Part shown: piece after piece, positions 25,336-36,941 of the stretch
Position numbering within the stretch: position 1 is the first letter of the stretch
Layout of the letters: each line of letters starts with the position of its first letter
DNA from: Octopus sinensis
Lineage: Eukaryota
Reading direction: 5' to 3'
Length of the DNA: 64,000 bases
Assembly: GCF_006345805.1 (NCBI RefSeq)
Contig: NC_043000.1
Span: forward strand, 68,758,001 to 68,822,000
Notes under the pieces: model-generated
Databases searched by the model: none
What the model was told of the DNA's origin: nothing
The model's input: only the letters and a program-made list of their open reading frames with translations
Program-made: the position numbers and the translations under genes

Positions 25336-27016
25336 TGCAGACTATGAGTTTCGTTACTTTTGACCACGGTTTTGAATTGTTGTTGCATGCTGAGGCTTTT
25401 CTCTTCGAGGTTATCCGTTGTTGATATTGTGTCATTGTTGAGCGACTCGCGCATGATTGTTTTTGTTTCTGTTTTCTCCCAATTGTAGGGGTGAAAAGTA
25501 AGTTTTTCATTATGGAGAACTATGCAAAAACTGTTGCAGTGGGAGCGGCTGCGCCGTTGGACGCGAAACTGATAATAGTAAATGTGGAAGAGATAAGAAG
25601 AAGTGAACAGTTTGTAAAAAAGGGAGGGAAACGCAGTAAAGCTGGTCCCTCCAGAAGAAACGGTCGAGGATAAGAGTGATAGGACGGTGGTGTTACCGCA
25701 CGCAAGCGATCGCTACCAATAAAATTGAAATTCTATCAGAAAATGACGTGGGGGAATGTTTGGGACCCCTGATGAAAACGACAACTTTCGTTAGCCGAGG
25801 AAAGAAATATGGTACGGTGGAGGTGAGGTTTGCCACCAAAGAGACGGCCTCACATTCCACCACTATTTTATGCACTGAAAAGGTGACGCTGCTGCCCACG
25901 TATAGAGGCAGGCATTCGTATTGGAAGGGTGCCACCAGAAATAAAGCTAGAGTAGTTGGTGACAGCTGTTGTGGATGCCACCGAGGAGAATCCCGAATTT
26001 GAGACAGTTGGAAGAGGGAATACGGAGTCGAGATGTGGCTTTTTTCCACTTTCGAAGACATTGAAAGGATCCCCTATCAGATAGAGATTCTGGGAGAGAG
26101 ATCCCTCAAAGCGATTGTTGAGGGACGCCGACCAAATTGTTACGAATGTGGAGTGAAAGGCCACATGAAGACGCAGTGCCCCAAGCACAAGCCTCCTTGG
26201 AGTGAGAAGGCTGTGGAGAGGGATCAAGAAGTGGAGATTGGAGTACCAAGTGAAGCAATAAAAGACGGAGTCGGCAAAAGCGATATGGAGTGCACTAGGG
26301 ATACGGAAGAGATGAAACCGAAGAAAGACAGAACGAAAGCGGCAAATGAGGGGAGTGACGGGTTTGTCAGCCCCAAAAGGAGGAAAGAGGCTAAAGCAAG
26401 AGAACACTCGAAGGGACCAGTAGGACGCTCAAAAAAGGTAGGTAACCGCCTATCTTCAAACATACGCAGACAGTAGAGACAGAACCAAAAGCGAGAGAAT
26501 CAGTAGAAGAGAATGTACAACACGTTTTAGAAATAAGGCATTCATAGTATACTAGGAAAAGAATGTAGATGTGGACAGGAGGATTTCCAAGTGGAAGGGA
26601 TTAATAAGGGTGAAACTGCCTAGGGAGGATTTCAATGAAGAACAGAAGTGTGTAGTATTGAATGAGGATAGATACGACACATTTATAAAAACATATAGAA
26701 AGTATTTCATTTCATTTGGCGGGCCAGTGTGGTTTGATGCTCTACCAACCGTAATTCAACATAAAGAGCTGAAAAGCCTAAAAAACTATGAACAATTAAA
26801 AAAAAAAGGAAAAACAAAACTGTTCAAAATAACGTGTAATGTAACCACTGGATTTCGAGGGTCGAGTGCGCATTGCGCTCATTTTATCATTTTCATTCGT
26901 TCTTTTTATTTTTCTTCTTCACTCGATTTCTTTCTGTATTTTATTTCCCCGAGTATGTGTCCTGTATTGTTTTGTAATGTCCCATCTATGTTTGGCCCCT
27001 TGTAGGTAATAAAAAA
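25336..27016 (+). mobile_element. ORF1-only (HAL1-like) retroelement, unit 3
   Basis: ATG 25512; CYECGVKGHMKTQC; same 3' end cccttgtaggtAATAAAaaa. Confidence 0.82.
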
Positions 27017-27389
27017 TCGGGACGTTGGTGTTGCCTTGGCGGAGGTTTGCGCTCTCTGAGTGCTCTTGTTTGCATTGGTGTTTATTTTTACCGTATATGG
27101 ATTATATTCTTAAACATTTTCCTTTACCTATTCAACGTCCCCCTCCGCCTTTTTTTTTCAAGTGTACTTACATGTAATATCAGGCTGGAGTAATTTAGTT
27201 CCGGGTGCTAGTTTGAGGTGTCTACTTACCAAAGTACCACCCGACGAGTATCTCATGCACACTCTCTTGACCTCGTTTCGACTAACTTTAGGTACATATT
27301 CTGTGTGCTTCACAATATCCCCTCTAGCTACTATTTGAAGTTTATCGTTACATTCTGATTTACAGTTGTCTTACCTCTATATTTACATT

Positions 27390-27615
27390 CATTGCGAGTG
27401 AATTTGGTTGACGGAAACTGTGTTGAAGTCCGTTGCAAATGTGTGTGTGTGTGTGTTTGTTGTTTCCCACCACCATTTAACAATCGGTATTGGTTTGCTT
27501 GCGTTCCCGTAAACTAGCGATTCGGACAAAGAGACCGATAAAGTACCAGACCGATGGAATAAATACCCTTCAAAGTGGTGCTCCAGCATAACCACACTTT
27601 AATGCCCGAAGTTAG
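27390..27615 (-). mobile_element. Degenerate family A SINE fragment
   Basis: gagtgaatttggttgacggaaactg...aaagagaccgata...gtgctccagcat matches the family A body; orientation uncertain. Confidence 0.55.
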
Positions 27616-27624
27616 TATAAGGGT

Positions 27625-28055
27625 ACACTATGCACGTGCATCACAACCATATGTGTGCAACCTGGTGATCTGTGGGGCCCAGTTAGAATTTTGTTCAGGT
27701 CGAGTAGCCCATCCCGCTCAAAAGGTCCCTGACTAAGGATTGTTTGGGGATGTTGAACGAAACATTCATGTTTCCGTAGGTGAATTATTCAAACGCCAAA
27801 ATATTCCTCTCAATGTCGTATCTGTGATGCTTCCCAGCTACTTCTGCTTGTGATCAGAGAAGTACAAATCGTCATCCACCAAGGGACATACTCAACTGAT
27901 TAAGGTCAATCAAGTGACAAGCAAATCTGTGGTATTAAGCAGAATATTTGCTGTAGCCCATTTTTTAATACCAGGACAAAATATGTGCGTGATAACACTT
28001 CTAATCAGTTATGATCAAAAGCCATGAGAGCCACTGCCTGGTACTGCATCAAGGC

Positions 28056-28057
<2 letters not shown>
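27625..28057 (-). mobile_element. Unclassified short retroposon-like repeat (family D), copy 1
   Basis: Homologous to 28270-28716; ends at the (TAT)n tract. Confidence 0.7.
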
Positions 28058-28101
<44 letters not shown>

Positions 28102-28194
28102 GTTATTATTATTGTTATTATTATTATTGTTATTATTATTACTGTTATTATTATTATTGTTATTATTGTTATTATTATTATTGTTGTTGTTGTT
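28058..28194. repeat. (TAT)n/(TGT)n trinucleotide repeat
   Basis: Direct inspection. Confidence 0.95.
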
Positions 28195-28716
28195 GAGTGA
28201 GAGAGCGGTGCATGCCGTCAAAGTGACACTGGGATAAAATATACGGAGCCAAGTATACCCATCATGACTACCCATCACATGCGTCACAACAATATTTGCG
28301 CGACATGGTGATCTCATATCAAGATAACTGCGGTGAGGCCCAGTTAGCATTTTCTTCAGGTCGAGTGGCCCATCCTATTCAAAGATCCTTGAATAAGGAT
28401 TGTTTAAGGATATTGAACGAAACACCCATTATTTCAGAGGTGAATTATTCAAACCCCACAAAATTCCTCTCAACACATGGCTATGATGCTCCCCCACTAC
28501 TTCTGTTTGTGATTAGAGATGCACATATCATCAGCCACTAAGGGACATGCTCAACTGGTTATGGTCAAACAAATGACAAGCAAATCTGTGGTATTGAGCA
28601 GAATATTTACTGTAGCCCATCTTTTATACCAAGACAAAACAATGTACATGATAACACTTCCAGTCAGTTAAGATCAGAAGCCACGAGAGCCACTGTCTAG
28701 TATTGCATCAGGGCGT
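28195..28716 (-). mobile_element. Unclassified short retroposon-like repeat (family D), copy 2, apparently full length
   Basis: Bounded by TAA/CAA-type triplets on both sides; homologous to copy 1. Confidence 0.7.
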
Positions 28717-29324
28717 TTATTATGTGAAGAGTAGACTTATTATTTACTTTCCTGGATTCAAATGCTGTTTCATTCAATCAGACATAGCTCTTTTCATTAT
28801 TCTAAGTTTGATAACGAAGTACCATTATCCAAGATAAATAAGTTTTAAATAGAAAATTAGTTGAGTGGGGTACCAGCGCGTGTGTTTTGAGTTCAAATCT
28901 AGTGCATGAGTACGTTATCTCTTTGAGCATTTTATTTTATATCTCGATTAATCTGGACTGTTAGGAATAAGCATGAACTCTGGAAATGTTACCAGCAATA
29001 AACATTGGTAAACTATCAAGACATAAATTTATCTTTACTTGAAACAAAAGTGAAGAGCAGACTGTATAACGAAGGAACCTCTACTTGGTCGAACAACTCG
29101 CTAGAAATAGCAACCAAATTTCTCTCAGATCATATCCTACTATCTTTAAAAAGGAAGAGCATTGAATAATGTTGGTATTATGTCTGGAACAAAAAATGAG
29201 ATGTCTACAAATACCTTGACCACTCGATCTGAACTGACGTGATTTTTCTAAACGAAAACAAGTTCGTTAGCCATTAATAGATAGCATTTACATTTGTATT
29301 TCGAAGTATATCGTTTGATATATA

Positions 29325-29355
<31 letters not shown>

Positions 29356-30608
29356 CATGCACACATACATACAAAATCAGTCTTGAAATATTGGGGAAGT
29401 GTGAGTGCGTTTATACACTGGATTCAGTTGGTACTTGGTATCTTTTTTTTTATATAGTTATAAATCACTGTTAAAACATAAAGTAATACCAATCTTTTGT
29501 TGCACATCAGCTTCACATTAATACCAGTGATTGTTAGAATAGATGTTAAAAACCGAAGTTCGAGAACATACTCGTTATTGCTCAAGACATTCTGATATTG
29601 TCACCGTCAGTGTTGCAAGATTTTCTCGCAGTAGAACTAAACTTCCTTCCTATAGCAACAACAAAAACTACTCCATTGGATTCTGTATTCCCAATATAAG
29701 TGGGGTTGTTTTTATTGTGATCAAGCAGACTTTACAATCAAAGGCCGCGAACATCCCATACTTTGTGTGTGTGTGTCCTTTGTAAATTAGTATTGTAATA
29801 TGAGAGGCATTTAGCTGCTATTTCTAGCAAGCCAAACGGATACGTTGAAGCTCCCTCACCTACAACATCACGTTTGTGTATGCAAGTTATATTATGATAT
29901 TTTTATAAATGTAGAAACCATTGAACAGCAATGTATAATATATACATGTGATATTCATGCAGTAAACAACTTTTTTTTTTGATCTCTCACTTTTTCATGT
30001 ATATGCACCTTTGTACACGAACGCATGCATTGTACTGCATATCAATATCCACATCTAATGATATTACACACATTTCAATATGTTATACTTACAGAGTTGA
30101 AAATAGAAATACTTCGTATATGTTGGCTAATTATTTCATTGATACATCACACTACGTGTAGTTTCATTTCCCCTAAACACCTAATAATTAAAAGTTAGGT
30201 GAGAGCTACTGTTTCTTCTGCATTTCCCAATTAGTTGCCCCCTTTTCCCATCTCTTTTCTTTTTCCTTTTTCTTTTTATTTATTTATTTATTTATTTATG
30301 ATACCCTTCTATTTTGTTGTAGCAGAAAACTGGAAAGCTTTTTTAAGTGCGAGCTGCTTTATACTTTGTTTTATCTACGTTACTCTGACCGTGTGTATGT
30401 GTATACAAGCAGCTTTTTGTACGTGTATTCTATGCACTTATAACATAGATAGACAGGCGTTCCACTTGACAGTGTATTAAAAGTACTTGTCAATGTGACA
30501 ATCACACTGGTCCTACTTTATTTGTTCATTGTACCCCACTCTCTATCATAGAGAACAGAGTATTTCAGGAAGCAACAGATAGATCCATGAGCGTTTGGTT
30601 GATGGAAT

Positions 30609-30658
<50 letters not shown>

Positions 30659-30750
30659 GGGGTTGGGAAATAGTGGGTTTTCTTTTTCTACATTTGCTCA
30701 GTTTTTTTTTTATGAACTCGTTGCTGTTATTTTATTTTTATCATATAGAG

Positions 30751-32407
30751 CAGGGGTCACCAAACTTCAGCCCGCCGTTGCACTGTATCTTTTGTGTAAG
30801 TACCTGCAATGAGAGTTCATTCCTGCAGCGATCGTGTTTTAACTTGCATTCCTGTGTTTAAACATTCTTTTCATGAGAATGTTTGCTGAAAATGAATCTG
30901 TCACTCGTACAAGTTACAAAATAGTGCATAAGATGGCAGAGCGAGGAAAACCGTTTACTGACGGCAACTTCATCAAAGAGTGTATGATGGAAGCAGCAAA
31001 TGACTTGTGTCCTGAGAAAGCTGATTTGCTTCGAAGTTTCAGCCTTTCAGCAAGTTCAGCTGTGTGGAGAACACAAGAATTTGGAGAGAACAAAGTGCTA
31101 CAGATACGCGAGAAAGCTAGGAACTTCTTGTGATTTTCTTTGGCACTGGATGAGTCTACTGATCTCTTGAGTACGTCACAACTTCTCGTGTTCATTCATG
31201 GTGTTAATTTGGTCTTTTAGATCACAGAAGAGTTGTCATCTGTTTGCAGCATGCACAGAACAACAACTGGAGAAGGCATTTTTCATGGAAGTGCAGAAAA
31301 CTTTGCAAAGCTATAACCTCAGTGGAATCAGCTTTAATGTGTTACAGTTGATGGAGGAAAAAATATGGCTGGAGTGAGGAAGGGTTTAGTGAGGAAGATC
31401 AGGACTAAGTTGGAAGATCTTCAACTTCTGGTTGCTCTTTTATACACAGCATTATACATCAGCAAGCACTCTGGGAAAGACAGATATTTCTTGCGTACTG
31501 AAACCAGTCGTTTCTACGGTGAACTTCGTTCACCGTTTCTGTGTTTAAACATTCTTTTCATAATTCGTTTCTATGGTGAACTTCATGATCTTCACTGCCA
31601 GTTTCAGGCTTTTTTTGAAGAAATTGATTCTGAATCCTGTGATTTGACTTATCACACAGCAGTGGGGTGGCTCAGCTGCGATAATGTCCTCTTTTGTTTT
31701 TATAAGCTCTGAAGAGAAATAGATATTTTTCTCACTGGAAAGGATAGAGCTGATCAACTTGTCAGATCCTACCTGGCTGTCAAAGTTGTCATTTTTGGTT
31801 GACATCACAATCCACATGAATGAATTGAACTTGAAACTTGAGGGAAAGGATACCCTTAACTGAGATCTCTACAGAATCATCAAAGGATTTTGGAGAAAGC
31901 TATCATTGGTTGAAGCACAACTGGAAAGAGGAAACTTCTCTCATTTTCAGTGTTTTAAAGATCTTCGCGCTGGAATTGCAGATGTCAACCTCGAGTTTCC
32001 AAAGATTATTATTCATGATTTAAATAAGCATTTTTTGGAGAGATTTTCAGATCTTAACAGAATTGATTGACATTCTTCTGTTTCAGAATCAGTTTTATTG
32101 TAAACTTCATGTGGCAATTGAACTACTGCTGGTGCTCATTGATTTGCAAGTAAAGGACTTGTTGAAAGAGATGGAAAACTTGTTGAATTATATCGTTGTT
32201 TACTTGATGATGAGTTTTCAAATTTGATGAAACTTGCCTCTGGTATGGCATCAGTATTTGGAACAACTTATGTCTGTGAAGTCATCACATCAAATGAGGT
32301 TAACTGATGAACATTTGAAAAGAATTCTTTTGGTTGGATGCAGCAATTCCAAGGCAAATATTGATGATATCTTAAAATCTAAGCATCAGTTTTACAAATC
32401 ACACTAA
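30751..32407 (+). mobile_element. hAT (Charlie/SPIN, GTF2IRD2-like) transposon remnant
   Basis: Left TIR caggggtcaccaaac; GKPFTDGNFIKECM, SLALDESTD, VTVDGGKNMAG, WLS, FGTTYVCE motifs, interrupted by stops and frameshifts. Confidence 0.88.
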
Positions 32408-32828
32408 CCCATTTTGCTGCTTAGTTTGTGAGATTTGGGTACCGTCACCACCACCACCCCTTGGTGACTGATATTAGTTTAAAGGTTATAGCAATGTAAC
32501 ATTGCTACCGTCGTTATAATAACAACCACTAGCACTACCACTACAACAGTTTCACTGCCATAGTTGTTATCATTGTTGGTGGTGACAGTGATATGCAATA
32601 CTATCACCACAGCTATCAAGTAGTAGTAGTAGTAGTAGTAGCAATAGTGGTGATGGTCTGGATACTTTTTGTTATTGTTACTTAACTCCAGGTCAATTTG
32701 ATCAAACACCTTTCATTTTTAAGACCAGAAATGTGTGGCTATTCTGATCTCCAGTGTACTTTGATTAGCTGAAGTTCCAGAACAATAAATAGATAAATAA
32801 CATTTTGTGATTAGCATGGAAACTAGAA

Positions 32829-33010
32829 ATCTATATAAATAAAAGTAAAATTCTGTCAGTCTGGGACCCTTGTATCTCGGTCTACATTTGCTCTATGTAG
32901 ACATATAATACCTTTTTTGTAATTAGGATGATCCCGGGATTGAAAATCTGACCTTCATTTGGTTCTTAAACATTCAGCACTGGGATCTATTGTAAGCGCA
33001 TTTGGATTTC
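32829..33010 (+). mobile_element. Possible non-autonomous Helitron 5' end
   Basis: a|tctatataaataaaagtaaaattctgtcagtctg resembles Helitron 5' termini; 3' end not found. Confidence 0.35.
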
Positions 33011-33291
33011 AAACGGTCTACCTTGGCTATAATAATAAATACAACTTTCTGTGTTAGAAAACTGACCAAAACTTTGTGACAGTTACAGTGGTGCCATTTA
33101 TTTTAAGAATACTAATATACTAATGTTAAAATGGCATTTTTTTTTATATTCAAGTTGTAGATTGTGAATTAAGCTGTATATCAAAATAAAGAAAATTTCA
33201 CAAGCTTTTATATGGTATACAGCTTCAACATATTAATTTTGAATTAAAAATAAATCTTAATTATCGTAATTTATAGTGCCATTTAATTTAA

Positions 33292-34368
33292 CCCTTTCGA
33301 TACCAAACCACCCAAAACCACCCGAAAAAAATTTTGGTTAATGTGACCAAACCGCCCAAAGCCACCCGAATTTACCTATTCATATTTAAATGAGAATATC
33401 AGAGCAAATCTCTTTAGTACATTCGTGAAAATACGTATTATACTTCGTAAACAGTTCAACTACAGTTTTGTACAAAAATCGAAGTCTAATTTTAATTCCG
33501 TGAATTTTGGGAGATTTTTTTCCGAAATTTGTTCCTATTGTGTTTTCAAAATTTGTAATTCTGACAAAAAATGGATACAAATTTCATTATATCAAGCAGC
33601 GAGTCAGAATTCGAAGGATTTTCTACTGAAGACCTTCATAAATCTAACTCTATGACTGAAAAAAAAAAGCACGTGGTATTTGATAATGAATCTGATGTTT
33701 CATTTTCCGAAAGTGAAAACAGTGAATCCGAGAGCTCCGACAGCGATAAAGAAAATGAATTGGCACCAGAATAGAGTGAAAATTTAAAAACTGTTTCTTT
33801 CGGTGATTTTTCTGAAGAAACTGGACCAAGCCACAGACTTTCCCAGAAGAGTAAAGCCTTAGACTATTTCTTTTTCGAATGAGCCTATTTGAAATCATTA
33901 CGGCGGAAACGAACCGTTACGCTAAATGTAAACAAAACGAAAGAAAGGATACTTTGTGGTTTCCCACAATCTTAAATGAAATTAAGGCTTATTTTGCCAT
34001 AAATATTATGGGTATCAGAAAGTTACCCAGAATAACAAATTCTATAGTAAAATTTTGTTGTATACCCAATTGAATATTAGCTAATAACCCATTTTCTATA
34101 GCGATGTTTGAACAAAATTTTAATAATTTTATATTTTGTTGAATTTACCTGTATCTACCTGCAATTAGAGTCACTTTGTGACAAAAATTATAGTATAGAA
34201 TTGGTTGAGAACATTTCATTAAATTATCTTCCAAAATTCACGTTAATATATTGATAAATAAAAAAGTTATAGTTGTTTAATGAAACCAGACTAAATTTAT
34301 GATTACGTTAGAAATTAATTGAAACACATAAGGGGTGTATTTTGGTCAGAAATATAGTAACGAAAGGG
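33292..34368 (+). mobile_element. Internally deleted non-autonomous piggyBac, copy 1
   Basis: TTAA TSD, ccctttcg.tac TIRs, acidic N-terminus SSSESEFEGFS, FEIITAETNRYA, EIKAYFAINIMGIRKLP. Confidence 0.92.
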
Positions 34369-34579
34369 TTAAGAACGATTTGTAAAATTTCATTTTATTG
34401 GTTTAAATCAATAAAAAAACTGAGATTAAAAAAAAAACAATAAGTTCACACAGTCAGTATTTGGTTGGGTATCCAAAATTACTTAATACAGCTTTGCATC
34501 TGTGAAACATAGAATTGTTCAGATCATTAATTGTCACTGTTCCTGAGATTTTTTCCTAGTTTTGGCTAATAATGTTTAA

Positions 34580-34799
34580 CCCTTTTGTTACTGCATTTAT
34601 TTTGAGATGCTCTGGGTTTCTTTCAATTATTCTAAATATAAAAAAGAATTTAGTAAAATAACTTAGTTATCATTAAACTAGTGTTAGGAATGTAACTAGT
34701 GACTAAGGCTTGGTGGAATATTCTAATTCAAAACTTATGGAAACAAGACATTTTACCACAGAGCCAGAGCCGGTTTTGGCCAGGTTAGTAACAAAAGGG
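34580..34799. mobile_element. piggyBac-type MITE (220 bp)
   Basis: TTAA-cccttttgttact...agtaacaaaaggg-TTAA; a decayed relative lies at ~54955-55167. Confidence 0.85.
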
Positions 34800-36941
34800 T
34801 TAAAAAATCAACCTTATTCTTTGGCTTACTACATTGGACAGCTCTACCCAACTTTTCCAAAGATTTTCGATGGGATTTAGGTCGGGCAATTGCACCAGCC
34901 ACTCCATCAACTGAATTCTCTTAGACCTAATGTAATCTCTCAATAGGTGCATGTTGTATTTCAGGTCATTGTCATGCTGGAAGGTCCAAGATCAGCCCAA
35001 ATGCTTTTGGACATATGGAAGCATAGTCTTATCCAATATTTCTAGATAGGACTTACTATTCATAATTTCTCTTGATTCGGATTATAGGACCAATGCCTTT
35101 TCCAGACATGCACCCCCACACCATCACACTTCCACTTAATTGTCGGTCAGATGCATTCTGGATGATATTCTTTGCCTAAACCCTTCTTACATACTTCTTG
35201 CCATCACTGCCGAACAAGTTGAACTTTGACTCATCCGACCACAACACATTCAACCAATCTGCTGAACTCCAATTCAAATGCTCTTTTGCAAACTGTATTC
35301 AGGCACATCTATTTTTTAAAGAAATGTATGGCTTTTTATGAGAGTCTCTTCTTAGAAATCCAAATTCTTTGAGACAGTTTTTTTATGGTGGACACTCCAA
35401 TAGTAAGTCCATATTTTTGCCAAATTTTTTTTTAAATGTCAACAGCGGTCATTTTTAGTTTTTTTGAGGACAGTCTATGAATGTATCTATCCATTCTTGC
35501 TGTTGCTTTTTCTTGGTTGCCCAGGTTGAGAGCAGTCTTTATAATAATTAATTTCCTTATAAAGATGGACAGCATTGTAGAGCATTCAGTTTCGTTTGAA
35601 ATAGCTTTATATGACCATTACAGCCTACAAAGCTGAGCGATCCTTGCTCTGGTTTCTGGTGCTGTTTTGTCTTCTTACCCATTACAACTATTAAGTAACT
35701 TAAATATTGTAACAGCATGCAAATTACTTTACCTATATTGGTCAATAAGGCAAAAATAAAGCTTTTTTTTAAATTAACATGTTGATGTTACACTGTAAAG
35801 TTGTATACCATATTAAAGCTTGTGAAATTTCCTTTATTTTAGTATCCATCTTAATTCACAATTTACAATTTGAATATATAAAAAATGTCATTTTAAGGTT
35901 AGTATACAAGTGTTCTTAAATTAAATAGTGCCACTGTATCTCCATTACCTACAATAATACAATTAACAAGAGTCAAGGACAGTCACTCAAAATTTTGGAC
36001 TTCTCTTCATGCTGCATTGCTTTTCCCATGGTCAGCTCTATGCTGGTTGTTCCAGAGTTGGAAATGGTAAAACCAAGAATGTTGTTCATCCTGCTATTTT
36101 ACAGTTATCTCCAAATGTCACAGTGAAACAAAATTCTCCAACTGTTATACTGTGATATAAATCTAAAATGTTAGCTTAAAAGTCTGCACAGTCACTCTGT
36201 TACTTCTAAATATTAATAAAAATATAAATGTAATCATATTTTGAGCTCTATTTTCCTGTTTACACCAACATATCTATATGTGTATATTATATATAGGCTC
36301 AGTGGATGGATTACCTGTTTCAGATTGCGAACTCTCATCAGGAGCCTTAAGCAGATAATTCAGTGGTAAGGCCAATATTCTAACAAAAATATTTAAATTT
36401 TACCATTTAGATGCAGATATATCCATGAGGTTGTACTTAAGATATTTGCTTCACAACCTGGTGATAGCCTGGAAGAAATGCTTTCTACTATAGCCTCTAG
36501 TTAACTAATGCCTACTGAGTAGAATTTGGTAGATAGAAACTATAGAAGTCAGTTATCTGTGTATGTGTGTCTATCTGTCTGTTCTGTTTATTGTAACACT
36601 GCTTAAAGGAAATTTGGCTTCTGTTTCTAGAAGTGAGCATTTAGAGGTTCCTTGCTTATTGTATGTGAGAGAGAGAGAGAGAGAGAGAGAGGAACATATT
36701 ACATAATCTACACCATTCTGGGGCTCTTACTAGTACTGTGCAATTACAAGATTTTTGTAGTAAGGATGGTTATACTTGAGCTTTTGTTTAAAGACCAATA
36801 TGGAACCAAATCAATTATCTGGCATGCTTGGGACTGGAAGTATCTGTATTTTCCAGGTTTCTGGTGGCAATCTAAAATATACACTTAAAATATAAAATAA
36901 ACTATGAAACGTAAAGAACTAAATTGTATTTAACAGATTCA

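Larger units (their letters stand above)
20188..27071 (+). mobile_element. Non-autonomous Helentron/HINE(DINE-1)-like element split by a ~6.5 kb nested insertion
   Basis: 5' part 20188-20518: attacctccgcc sub-TIR, (GTTT)n, gatgaaactttcagg core. 3' part 27020-27071: ggcggaggt sub-TIR, gcgctc-tct-gagtgc hairpin, ends in TT. Confidence 0.75.
33086..35936 (-). mobile_element. Tc1 (DD34E) transposon with long (~150 bp) TIRs, carrying two nested piggyBac-type insertions
   Basis: TA-cagtggtgcc...ccactg-TA; 33086-33232 is inverted at ~35785-35936. Minus-strand VLWSDESKFNLFGSDG, SVMVWGCM, FQHDND, DLNPIENLW. Confidence 0.9.

Noticed and set aside
27670-27740. Possible HDV-like ribozyme in family D repeat
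   Set aside because: I could not build a consistent P1/P2/P3/P1.1 pairing by eye.
28011-28350. Poly-Tyr and poly-Asn ORFs
   Set aside because: Translations of the (TAT)n/(TGT)n tract.
30094-30198. Candidate exon between cttacag and gtgaga near the CpG transition
   Set aside because: Stops in all three frames and no independent support; splice-like signals are common by chance.
30873-32023. GTF2IRD2/EPM2AIP1-like host gene
   Set aside because: Has a TIR, multiple stops and frameshifts: a decayed hAT transposon, not a domesticated gene.
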